Assembly: GCA_965204735.1 (NCBI GenBank)
Contig: OZ242008.1
Location: 2,976,001-3,040,000 of the forward strand
Origin: Longimicrobiales bacterium
Lineage (GTDB): Bacteria > Gemmatimonadota > Gemmatimonadetes > Longimicrobiales > Gaopeijiaceae
Direction: 5' to 3'
DNA: 64,000 bases
Below are positions 28,027 through 37,371 of the stretch, one piece after another; positions within the stretch are counted from its first letter, which is position 1, and every line of letters starts with the position of its first letter. Below the pieces are notes generated by a model that saw only the letters and a list, made by a program, of their open reading frames with translations, did not search any database and had not been told where the DNA came from. The position numbers and the translations under genes were made by a program.

Positions 28027-31000
28027 GTGCAGATGACCGTCCCCACCATATTCGAGACCTGCGTCCCGCGAAGCGACGTCATGGCCGGAGTGGCCGACGC
28101 CGAGTTCGCGGCCGACCTGGCCCAGGTGCTCTCCGCCACCGGCAGCGCCGACTACCGCGATCCCGCTCGCTTCTTCGCCAACACGTACCCCACGCGAGGG
28201 CTCAAGAGCCTGCTCGACAACGTGTGCCGACGCCTGTCGGGGGTCGGGGGCGACGTGGCCGCCATCTTCCGCCTGGACACGTCCTACGGCGGCGGCAAGA
28301 CCCACGGGCTCATTGCGCTGGCCCATGCGGCGGGCGGCCTCGAAGGCGTGGCGAACCCCGGCGAGTTCGTGGACCCCGCCGTTCTTCCCAAGGAGCCCGT
28401 CCGCGTCGCGGCCTTCGACGGCGAGAACGCCGACCCGGCCAACGGGCGCGCGTTGGGGGACGGCGTGCTGGCCCACACCCCTTGGGGCGAGATCGCGTAC
28501 GCACTGGCCGGGCACGCCGGGTACGAACGGGTGCGCAAGAGCGACAAGGGCCGCGTTGCGCCCGGGGCCGACACCTTGCGGGAACTCTTCGGCGGCCGGC
28601 CCGCCCTGGTGCTGCTGGACGAGCTCTCCGTCTACCTGCGCAAGGTGCAGGAAGCGGAAGGCGGCCAGGACCAGCTGACGGCATTCCTCACGTCGCTCTT
28701 CAAGGCCGTCGAGAGCACCCCCAACGTCGCCTTGGTGTACACGCTGGCGGTGGGCAAGGGCGGCAAGGGCACCGACGCCTACGCCGACGAGAACAGCTTC
28801 ATCGCCGACCGAATGCAGGAAGCCGAGAAGGTGTCCGCCCGCAAGGCGACCCTTCTCAACCCCACGGAGCAGGACGAGACGGTCCACGTCCTGCGCCGAC
28901 GCCTCTTCAAGTCCATCGACGAAAGCCGGGCCGCCGAAGTCGCGTCCGCCTACGCGGCCCTGTGGAAGGTCCACGCCGATTCCCTCGCCCCCGACGCCTC
29001 GCGCCCGGAGACGCGGCAAGCGCTCGTCGACGGCTACCCCTTCCACCCCGAAGTCCTGGAGACCCTCACCGACAAGACGGCCACGCTGGAGACCTTCCAG
29101 CGCGTCCGGGGAATGCTGCGGCTGCTGGCCCGGACGATCCACCACCTCTGGGAGACCCGCCCCGACGACGCCACCGCGATTCACGTCCACCACGTCGATC
29201 CGGGCCGCGAGTCCATCCGGCAAGAGATCGTCACGCGCCTGGGCCAGACCCAGTACGTGCCCGCCATCGACGCCGACGTGTCCAGCGGCAACGCCGACAA
29301 GAAGTCGCTCGCCCAGCAGATCGACGCCGACCATCACCGGGGACTGCCTCCTTACGCCGAGTACGCGGCGCGCACGATCTTCCTGCACACGCTGGCGTAC
29401 AACGAACCGCTGAAGGGAGTGTCTCCGCCCGAACTGCGCTACTCGGCGCTCGGCCCTGCGACGGACTTGAGCTTCATCGAAGACGCCCGCAAGAAGTTCG
29501 TCGCCGAGTCGGCCTACCTGGACGACCGGCCCGGCGCGCCGATGCGCTTCCTGGCGGAGGCCAACCTTACGCAGATCGTCCGCCGCGAGGAGCGCAACGT
29601 GGACGCGGAAGAGGTGCGCGCCCAGCTGAACGCCGGCATCCGCACGATCTTCGAGGGCAAGACCCTGGAGGCCGTGTGCTTCCCCGGCGGCCCCCACGAC
29701 GTGGCCGACGAAGCGGGCGAAAGCCGTCCCAAGCTGGTGGTCGTCTCGTACGACGCCGTGGCGCTCGAAGGGACCGTGGACCTTGTGCCCCACCTGATCG
29801 AACGAATCTACTCGCGCAAGGGCTCGGACGGCTCGGCGCTCCGCCTCTTCCGCAACAACGTCGTCTTCGTGGCGGCGGACGAGTCCCGTCGCGAGGAGAT
29901 GCGGGACAGGGTGCGGCGGCGGCTGGCGTTGCGGGAGCTCAAGAAGCCGGAGCGGCTGAAAGCGCTGGCGGACCACCAGCAGACCAAGGTGCAGGAGTGG
30001 GCTCGGCGCTCGGAAACGGACGAGGCCGTGTCGATACAGCAATGCTACCGCCACGTCTTCTACCCCTCGCGCAACAAGGTCGGCGAGAGCACGGTCGATC
30101 TGGCGCACACGGCCATTGACGCGCCCTCGACCTCCGAAAAGCCGGGCGCGGGGCAGCAGCAGGTCGTCCGCGTGCTCCAGGACTTGGTCAAGCTGCGGCT
30201 GGCCGACGACGAGCCCGACTCTCCGGCGTACGTGCGGGACCGGACCCCGCTTCGCAAGGGGGAGATGACGACCCGCGCGCTTCGCAGCGAGTTCCGGCGC
30301 GACCCGTCGCTGCCCATCCTGGTGGGCGACGACGTCTTCGTGCAGGGCGTGCGAAACGGGGTCGAGCAGGGCGAATACGTGTACCGGAGCGGGGAGCTGC
30401 TCTACGGCCCGGGCGACCCGTCGGCGACGATTCGGATCGACGAGCAGTCGGTAGTGCTCACGATGGCCTACGCAAAGAACAAGGGCGTGTGGCCCAGGCC
30501 GGAGCCAGAAGGAGGCGGGGATCAAGAGGCCGAGGAGGGCGCGCCGGGGACCGAGCCCCCGCCCACCGACCGGGACGGCGCTGCGGAGGGCGGCGACGGG
30601 CAGTCGGTCGTCGGCCCGTTCGAGGTCGAGGCCCCCTTCCGCGAGGCGATCGTCCGCGTGTGGGAGAAAGCGCGCGGCCGGGGGTGCCGGCGGATCGAGA
30701 AGCTGGTCGTCCGCGTGTTCGAGGCGGACGAGGCGCTCCGCGTCATGAGCGTCGTGGGCTCGTTGCCGGGCGCGGCCAAGACGGTCAAGCTGCAGGGAGG
30801 CTACGAGACCCGCGACGGAGGCTCGCTGGAGTTGGAGTTCGCCGGGTCGATCGAGGACGCCGATCCGGTGAAGGAGTTCCTCCACTCCCAGATGCGGGCG
30901 GCCGCGAGCACCAGCCTCGAGGTCCGCTACGAGCTCGCCTTCGAGGACGGCTTGACGACCGACGAGGACGGCCCGAAGATGATCATGGAGCGGCTGTCCC

Positions 31001-31053
31001 GGTTCGTGAGCGGATCGACGGCCGTGTCGGCTACCGGAACGGAGGAGGGCTGA
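28027..31053 (+). CDS. DUF499 AAA+ ATPase of a restriction-like defence system
   Basis: EFAADL, FFANTYPT, YGGGKTH Walker A, LLDE Walker B, YPFHP, FQRVRGMLR. Confidence 0.9.
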   Translation: MQMTVPTIFETCVPRSDVMAGVADAEFAADLAQVLSATGSADYRDPARFFANTYPTRGLKSLLDNVCRRLSGVGGDVAAIFRLDTSYGGGKTHGLIALAHAAGGLEGVANPGEFVDPAVLPKEPVRVAAFDGENADPANGRALGDGVLAHTPWGEIAYALAGHAGYERVRKSDKGRVAPGADTLRELFGGRPALVLLDELSVYLRKVQEAEGGQDQLTAFLTSLFKAVESTPNVALVYTLAVGKGGKGTDAYADENSFIADRMQEAEKVSARKATLLNPTEQDETVHVLRRRLFKSIDESRAAEVASAYAALWKVHADSLAPDASRPETRQALVDGYPFHPEVLETLTDKTATLETFQRVRGMLRLLARTIHHLWETRPDDATAIHVHHVDPGRESIRQEIVTRLGQTQYVPAIDADVSSGNADKKSLAQQIDADHHRGLPPYAEYAARTIFLHTLAYNEPLKGVSPPELRYSALGPATDLSFIEDARKKFVAESAYLDDRPGAPMRFLAEANLTQIVRREERNVDAEEVRAQLNAGIRTIFEGKTLEAVCFPGGPHDVADEAGESRPKLVVVSYDAVALEGTVDLVPHLIERIYSRKGSDGSALRLFRNNVVFVAADESRREEMRDRVRRRLALRELKKPERLKALADHQQTKVQEWARRSETDEAVSIQQCYRHVFYPSRNKVGESTVDLAHTAIDAPSTSEKPGAGQQQVVRVLQDLVKLRLADDEPDSPAYVRDRTPLRKGEMTTRALRSEFRRDPSLPILVGDDVFVQGVRNGVEQGEYVYRSGELLYGPGDPSATIRIDEQSVVLTMAYAKNKGVWPRPEPEGGGDQEAEEGAPGTEPPPTDRDGAAEGGDGQSVVGPFEVEAPFREAIVRVWEKARGRGCRRIEKLVVRVFEADEALRVMSVVGSLPGAAKTVKLQGGYETRDGGSLELEFAGSIEDADPVKEFLHSQMRAAASTSLEVRYELAFEDGLTTDEDGPKMIMERLSRFVSGSTAVSATGTEEG

Positions 31054-31054
31054 C

Positions 31055-31537
31055 GTGGCAAGACCAAGCCGAACTTCCCCTGCCGCCTTCCCCTTGTCCG
31101 CGCCCCAGTACGAGCTTCGGACGCGCAGCCGCGGACCGGCCCTCGCCGAGTACGAGATCTGGCAGCTTCCAGCGCCCGCCACGCCCCACGTGACCCGTCC
31201 CGTGCGAATCGCCGGGCTCCGCGGCCGCAACCTGGACCTGGTCGAGCACCGCGTCCTCCGCCGCTTGTCCCGCGGCGGCGTCAAGCTCCTCTCCCGAACG
31301 ACCCGCGAACCCCGCGCCTACCCCCTCTCCGAAGACTTGGCCCTCTCGATCGGCCTCCTCTTCCGCTGCCTGGCGCCGATGCGCCACCGCGACCGGATGA
31401 TCGCCGTCGCGGAAGGCGTGGACGCCATGGAGCGCGAAGAGGCCGGCTACTGGCTGGGCATGGCGATGCACCGTCGGAACCCCAGGCGCGTGCTGATGGC
31501 GCTGCGGTGCCTGCTGACGGAAGCGGGGCGGAAGTAG
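31055..31537 (+). CDS. Small DUF499-associated protein (DUF3780-like position)
   Basis: Starts 1 bp after the DUF499 stop; MEREEAGYW...ALRCLL motif. Confidence 0.75.
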   Translation: MARPSRTSPAAFPLSAPQYELRTRSRGPALAEYEIWQLPAPATPHVTRPVRIAGLRGRNLDLVEHRVLRRLSRGGVKLLSRTTREPRAYPLSEDLALSIGLLFRCLAPMRHRDRMIAVAEGVDAMEREEAGYWLGMAMHRRNPRRVLMALRCLLTEAGRK

Positions 31538-31735
31538 CGGCGATGCGGATTGAGCCGGACCAGAAGCAGCGCGGTGCTCGCGTTCGCCAGCTGGAATCGG
31601 AAACTTCTACCGACGTTCATTCCGCAAGGAGCGACACAGATTTTGTGGCACTGCAAGAATGGGAGGGATATGTGATCGCGGCTCTTCCCCTGTTTCGGTG
31701 GGTGCCGTAGGATGGACGGGAGGACGGCGTGACTT

Positions 31736-32989
31736 TTGGAGCGAGGAGAGCGAATGGAGATGCGGGAGTGGGTGGAGCGGCTGATGGGGCTGGGGCCGGA
31801 GTGGCGGATCGAGCGCGTGGACGAGGATTCGGAGCGCCAGGAGGCGCGGGTGACGCTGGCGCGCAGGGCTGGCTCGCCGTTGCGGTGCCCGGAGTGCGGG
31901 CGGACGTGTCCGGGCTACGACGTGCGGCGCCGGGAGTGGCGCGGGCTGGACGCATGGGGACACAAGACGTTCGTGGTCTACGACGTGCCGCGGGTGGAGT
32001 GTCCGGAGCACGGGGTGACGACGACGCGGGTGCCGTGGGCGGAGGGGCGGTCGAGGTACACGGCGGCGTTCGAGTCGCTGGTGATCGGCTGGTTGCGCGA
32101 GGCGAGCGTGCTTGCGGTGTCGCGGCGGCTGCGCTTGAGCTGGACGGCGGTCGCTGGGATCATGGAGCGTGCGGTGCGCCGGGGTTTGGCGCGTCGCGAG
32201 ATGCGGGCGCCGCGGCGGCTGAGCGTGGACGAGACGTCGTTCAAGCGGGGCCACAAGTACGTGACGGTGGTGTCGGACTCGGAGACGAAGGACGTGCTGC
32301 ACGTGGCGCCGGGCCGTAGCCGCGAAGCGCTGGAGGCGTTCTACCGCACGATGGGCGAGCGGCGGCTGGCGGCGGTCGAGAGCGTGTCGATGGACATGTG
32401 GCGGCCCTACGTGGCGGCGACGGAGGCGTGGGTTGCCGACGCGCGCAGCAAGACGGCGTTCGACCGCTTTCACGTGGCCAAGCATCTGGGCGACGCGGTG
32501 GACAAGGTGCGGCGCGCCGAGCACAAGGAGCTGAAGGCGCGGGGCAATGCCGTGCTGGCGGGCACGCGGTACCAGTGGCTCCGGGGCGCCGGCAAGAAGA
32601 CGCACGCCGAGAAGCTGGCGTTCGCCGAGTTGCGCAAGAGCGTCGAGCGCACGTCCCAGGCCTGGGCGCTCAAGGAAGCGGCGTCGAAGCTGTGGCGATA
32701 TCGCAGCCGGGGCTGGGCGCACTCGGCGTGGTTGCGCTGGCTGCAATGGGCGTCGGCCTCCGGGCTCGAGCCGGTCGAGAAGGCGGCGGCGATGGTCCGG
32801 ACGCACCTGTGGGGCATCGTCAACGCCGTCGTGCTCGATGCCACCAACGGCCCGGCCGAGGGCGTCAACAGCCGCATCCAAGCGATCAAGGCCCGGTGCC
32901 GCGGCTTCCGCAACCAGGACCGCTTCGCCGCGGCCATTCTCTTCCACCTCGGCGGTCTCGACCTCTGTCCGCGCCCCGCCCAGCACTGA
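31736..32989 (+). CDS. ISL3 transposase
   Basis: CPECG zinc finger, SVDE, SMDM, DRFHV, TNGPAEGVNSRIQ, RGFRN. Confidence 0.95.
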   Translation: MERGERMEMREWVERLMGLGPEWRIERVDEDSERQEARVTLARRAGSPLRCPECGRTCPGYDVRRREWRGLDAWGHKTFVVYDVPRVECPEHGVTTTRVPWAEGRSRYTAAFESLVIGWLREASVLAVSRRLRLSWTAVAGIMERAVRRGLARREMRAPRRLSVDETSFKRGHKYVTVVSDSETKDVLHVAPGRSREALEAFYRTMGERRLAAVESVSMDMWRPYVAATEAWVADARSKTAFDRFHVAKHLGDAVDKVRRAEHKELKARGNAVLAGTRYQWLRGAGKKTHAEKLAFAELRKSVERTSQAWALKEAASKLWRYRSRGWAHSAWLRWLQWASASGLEPVEKAAAMVRTHLWGIVNAVVLDATNGPAEGVNSRIQAIKARCRGFRNQDRFAAAILFHLGGLDLCPRPAQH

Positions 32990-33047
32990 CCCGCCGTGCC
33001 CCGTGCCACCTCCGCTCCGTCCAGGTTCCATGTCCCTCCCCACGACA

Positions 33048-34096
33048 TGTCGTACCAATTTAGAAATGTCCGGTCTTACCAAGATAGAAATGTCCTCTTT
33101 CGGGCGATGTTCGGCGGGAGTCGAACTCGTGCCCGGGAGGAGGAGCGAATGGAGTTGAGCTTGAAGGAGCGGGACCGGATCTCGGTGTTGAGGCAGGTGA
33201 GCGAAGGCGTGCTGGCGGCGACCGAACGTCACTTCCGGCGCGTGCGCCGCCGGTTCGAGGCGGCGGGCGACGAGGTGGTCGTGCACGGGCTCCGGGGTCG
33301 GAGGTCGAACCAGTCGCTGCCGTCGGAGACGCGGGGGCGGGTGCTGGCCATGGCCAGGACCCCGACTACGCCGCCTTCGGCGCCACGCTGCTGGCGGAGC
33401 GCGTCGAGCTGAAGCTCCCCCGTCGTCGTCGAACGGCGTCTCTCGGGCGAGCTGCGCTTCCGGCATCGCGGCTGCTACCTGACGCCCAAGGCCTTGGGAT
33501 CGGTCCGGTCCGCGACGCCCAAGCCGGCGTCCGCGCCCGCGACGGCCAAGCCCAGGCCCAAGCCGCCGAAGCCGGGAAGGAATCACCCGTGGAGCAAGCA
33601 CTTCAGCGCCAGCGTGGCTCAGGCCGTGGCCAAGCGGGAACACCGCGCCGCCCACTCCAACGGGACCGGTCCCGAGCAGTGCAGGGCCTCGTCCTGAGCC
33701 CGCAGGCGGGGACGGCGGGTCGCACTCCCCTTCCCGCAAAGGTCGGGCGTGACCGCGGTGTCGGCATCCGTGCCTCCGAGGCTTGCCGGCGCTGCGCAGG
33801 TCGCTCGGCGCACCACGACCGTCCGAGCTGGCAAGCTCAGTGCGAACTGCAAGCCATCGGGGCAGCAGTGTCCAGGCCCGTCCGCGTTGGCGTCCATCCG
33901 GCCAGAGCTTGGCCACGGCGACGATCTCGACTCGCCAGGCCGCCGCTGGCCTTGAAGCGCCCGGACCAGGGCGCCCGGCGCCGTACAGCCCAGGCTTGCT
34001 GGAGCCGCGCGTCCTGCGCCCAACACCTGGCCCTCGGCCTCAGGAAGAACCCATCGTTCACACCACCAGGGGGGACATTTCTACTTTGGCTTGACA
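33048..34096 (+). mobile_element. IS1202-like (ISNCY) element, internally deleted
   Basis: TGTC..CCAA..TAGAAATGTCC inverted ends, motif doubled at the left end; 17-bp flanking repeat TGTCCCTCCCCAC(G/C)ACA at 33031 and 34097. Confidence 0.85.
33149..33697 (+). pseudogene. IS1202-like transposase remnant
   Basis: MELSLKERDRISVLRQV...HGLRGRRSN N-terminus and KP..NHPW C-terminus in different frames; DDE core missing. Confidence 0.8.
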
Positions 34097-34611
34097 TGTC
34101 CCTCCCCACCACATCAGGCGAAGAGCCGTGATCGCAATCAATGATGACGACTTCGAGGCACGCCTGTTGGACCTGACGGCGAATGCGAAGCGTGAGGAGG
34201 AAGAAGCGACCATACCGTTTAGCGCGGTTTCCGAGAAAGATCGGGACGAGATGCGGCTGGGCAGCATCTTCCATTGGTCCATCGGATACAATAAGACGAC
34301 CTGGAACAGGACGCGACGGACGATATCGCAAATCGTCTTCCGCGATACGCCCGTTCTGACGCAGAGAGATATGGACGAGGCCTGGGAATGGGCACTCGAA
34401 ACTCGGCGGCTGCTCGGGCTTGACCCTCCCGATCGGCCTGCTGTTCCACTGCCAAGCCCCGATGCGACACCCGACCGTGCGACCGACTGAATTGGGTGTT
34501 CTCTATTGGAACTGATGTCCGTTCCGACACATTGACAACCCGCCGGCGGCAGACGGGAGAGTTCTGTGTGAACGGATCAAGCTCAGTCCGTAACGGAATC
34601 GACACATCATC

Positions 34612-35889
34612 ATGATCCGTCGAATCCAGGCACTGAACTACCGTTGCCTCCGGTACGTCGATCTGTCGCTGGATCGGTTCCATGTGCTGGTGGGACCCAA
34701 CGCCAGCGGCAAGAGTACGCTGTTCGACGTGATGGCGTTCATGGGCGACGTGATTCGCGAAGGCGTTGGCGCAGCCACGGAGAGGCGAACGGAGAACTTT
34801 CAAGACTTGGTTTGGAAAAGGCCGAAGCGCAACATGAGTTTCGAGCTGGCCTTCGAGATCAACGTGCCCGACGACATCAAGGAGAAGCTGCCCCCGGAGA
34901 AGGACGATCGCGTCTTTCGCTACGAGATCGCGATTCGAGAGTCCGACAACGGATGGAAAATCGATTCCGAGCGCGGGCTGTTGATGCCGGAACCCTACAG
35001 GCCGCGTTCCGTGGCTCCCTCGCAGGTGTCTCGTTTCCCCGATCCGCCTCTACCTCCAGGCACAATCCTAGCTGGGGGCGCCCGCCCCGGTCGTCGTACG
35101 ATTTTGAGCAAGTCCCCCGAGGGGACGGACAGTTTCAGTATCGAGACTTCGGACGACCCAGGCAAAAGTTGGGCTACGAGCATAGCCTTCGGCCCAAAGC
35201 ACTCGGCGCTTCGCAACCTGCCAGAGTCACCCGACAAGTTTCCCATGGCCTCCTACGTAAAGTCTTTGGTGGGTGGTGGCATTGATTTCTTGTTTCTCGA
35301 CAGCAAGAAGATGCGCCTGCCGAGCCCTCCACACTCGAATCGCGAACGGTTGTCTTCTGACGGCCATAACCTGCATCGACTTATTGATGTCATGAGGAAA
35401 ACGGACGCGGAGGTCTATCGGGAATGGCTTGAACATGTCCAGACCGTCCTGGAAGACCTCTACGATATTCGAATCGTGGACCAAGAATACAACCGTAGCG
35501 TGTACCTAACCCTTGCCTACGATACCGGCTTGGAGGTTCCGTCGTGGATGGTGTCCGACGGCACCCTGCGATTTCTTGCGATGACCCTGATTCCATACCT
35601 GTCGCAGGATGGTCAAGTGTATTTGCTGGAAGAACCCGAGAACGGGATACATCCACTGGCGCTGGACGCTGTGTACTCGTCCTTGTCATCGGCGTACGAG
35701 TCGCAGGTACTGGTAGCCACGCATTCTCCTTCCTTCTTGTCCCTGGCGTCTCCAGAGGACATTCTTTGTTTTGCGAGGAGCGACGAAGGCGCAACCGGTA
35801 TCGTCAGGGGCAACGACCATCCGATGCTCAAAGAATGGCCAGAAGGCACCGACACCCGGTTGGTATTTGCCGACGGCGTGATCGGATGA
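34612..35889 (+). CDS. AAA_21-type ATPase (resembles MADS Mad3 type)
   Basis: GPNASGKS, VSDGT, LEEPENG, ATHS; the Mad3 likeness is recalled, not searched. Confidence 0.85.
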   Translation: MIRRIQALNYRCLRYVDLSLDRFHVLVGPNASGKSTLFDVMAFMGDVIREGVGAATERRTENFQDLVWKRPKRNMSFELAFEINVPDDIKEKLPPEKDDRVFRYEIAIRESDNGWKIDSERGLLMPEPYRPRSVAPSQVSRFPDPPLPPGTILAGGARPGRRTILSKSPEGTDSFSIETSDDPGKSWATSIAFGPKHSALRNLPESPDKFPMASYVKSLVGGGIDFLFLDSKKMRLPSPPHSNRERLSSDGHNLHRLIDVMRKTDAEVYREWLEHVQTVLEDLYDIRIVDQEYNRSVYLTLAYDTGLEVPSWMVSDGTLRFLAMTLIPYLSQDGQVYLLEEPENGIHPLALDAVYSSLSSAYESQVLVATHSPSFLSLASPEDILCFARSDEGATGIVRGNDHPMLKEWPEGTDTRLVFADGVIG

Positions 35890-36129
35890 CCGATCCGTTA
35901 TGTCCGCGTCCCAGCATGTCGGTTGGCCGGGCTAACGGCCAGCTGGCGAGAATCCCGGCCAACGGATTTCGTACCCCTGAAATGTCCAGACGACTGTCCC
36001 ATCTGGCAAGCCGATCATGTCCCGACGTCGCCCTTGCGCGGCACTTGACGGGGGGGCTACGATTCGTTCGTGGTCGTTGGTGTGCTTCTGCGAGGGCAAC
36101 GTCTTGTTCCGAACCGGAGGGAGTAGCAG

Positions 36130-36407
36130 TGGACCAGACGCGGGGTGACCAGCAACCAGCCTTGAATCGCGGCCTGCTTTGCGCCCAGTGCGGAGCGCGA
36201 ACGGTCTTCACCGGTGGGCCCGACGACCGTCGCTCCAGCCGAAGTCCGCAACAGCAGGAGGAACACGGGATGAGCCGAGCCGACTTCGCCCGTGCCACGG
36301 GGCTGGGCGAGGCGACAATCGCGGGCTGGGAAGACGGGCTTCTGGTTCCGAACATCGCCGACGAGTGCGATCTGCGGCTCGTCTGTCTTCCGGTTGCTTC
36401 GGCATGA
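36130..36407 (+). pseudogene. MqsA-like Zn-finger/HTH antitoxin remnant
   Basis: CAQC followed by GMSRADFARATGLGEATIAGWEDG HTH; too short for an intact gene. Confidence 0.55.
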
Positions 36408-37150
36408 GCGTCACAGCCGCCATGAAGATCATACTCGCCAAGAGGAGCGGAAACAGGTGCGCACGGCCAGGTTGCCAAGTGGTGCTGGCACAGCCGTCCG
36501 AGGCGGAGTCCGCGCTGAGCATTGGGGAAGCCGCCCACATTTCGGGTGCCCGGGCGGGCTCCGCTCGCTACGACTCAAAGATGACGGAACAAGAGCGGAA
36601 CCACGTTGACAACCTGCTGTACCTGTGCAGGAACTGTCACGCGATCATCGATCGCGACGTCGAGTCCTATTCCATTGAGCGCCTCCGCCGGATCAAGACC
36701 GAACACGAAGCCAACGTCCAAGCGGCGATGGACACTAAATTTGCGACCGTGGGGTTCCCCGAGCTGCGGGAAGTGGCCGAGCACTTTTCTTCGGCATCTC
36801 CGATGCCGACCGATTCATCTCTTGATCTGCTGTCGCCTGACGCCAAGATCAAGAAGAACGATCTCGGCCCCGGCTCCCGAAACATGATCACGATGGGACT
36901 CGCCCTCTCATCTACGATTCGCCGGTTCGTCAGCGAGATGGAGTCGAGCGATCCCGACTGGCCCGCCCGCCTCAAGAACGGCTTCGGGTCCGAATACCTT
37001 CGGCTGAGAAAGGACGGACACAGGGGAGACGAACTGTTCGAGCTCATGAGCGCCTATTCCATGCTTGGCTTCCACCAGCCTTGCCACCTGTGCGCCGCAA
37101 TAGCCGTATTGGTGTACATGTTCGAAGCCTGCGAGGTGTTCGAGCGTTGA
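36404..37150 (+). CDS. HNH endonuclease effector with ABC-three-component CTD (LmuA-like)
   Basis: RSGNRCARPGC, GEAAHI, NLLYLCRNCH..ID; C-terminal YMFEACEVFE. Confidence 0.88.
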   Translation: MSVTAAMKIILAKRSGNRCARPGCQVVLAQPSEAESALSIGEAAHISGARAGSARYDSKMTEQERNHVDNLLYLCRNCHAIIDRDVESYSIERLRRIKTEHEANVQAAMDTKFATVGFPELREVAEHFSSASPMPTDSSLDLLSPDAKIKKNDLGPGSRNMITMGLALSSTIRRFVSEMESSDPDWPARLKNGFGSEYLRLRKDGHRGDELFELMSAYSMLGFHQPCHLCAAIAVLVYMFEACEVFER

Positions 37151-37371
37151 TCTTGCCGACCAAGCACGTCTCGGAGGCTAGGTCCTTGCTGGCGGCCGGT
37201 GCCCTGTTGCTCCATCGACTCGATCAGCCGCGGACCGTAACCGAGCTTTGGGAAGCTGTGAGAGGCGAGGAGATCGCCTCCTTCGACCGCTTCGTCCTAG
37301 CGGCGGAGATGCTGTACGCACTCGGCGCCGTGGATTTTCGCGACGGACTTCTGGAGAAGCACCGGCGATGA
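37147..37371 (+). CDS. ABC-three-component middle component (LmuC-like)
   Basis: ILPTKH...SLL..G...LW...FDRFVLA..LYALG; overlaps both neighbours. Confidence 0.85.
   Translation: MILPTKHVSEARSLLAAGALLLHRLDQPRTVTELWEAVRGEEIASFDRFVLAAEMLYALGAVDFRDGLLEKHRR

Larger units (their letters stand above)
31680..34127 (+). mobile_element. ISL3-family insertion sequence carrying a nested IS
   Basis: Ends GGCTCTTC...GAAGAGCC; 8-bp TSD GTGATCGC at 31672-31679 and 34128-34135. Confidence 0.92.
31543..34490 (+). pseudogene. LQEWEGYV-family gene (163 aa when reconstructed) split by ISL3
   Basis: 5' part 31543-31679 (...LQEWEGYVIA) joins in frame to 34128-34490 (VIAINDD...) once the IS and one target duplication are removed; paralog of 44304-44816. 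Confidence 0.85.

Noticed and set aside
28003..31284. Long antisense ORFs (also 18960-21860, 48483-52400, 52434-55337, 58465-61656)
   Set aside because: They mirror well-supported genes and carry no motifs
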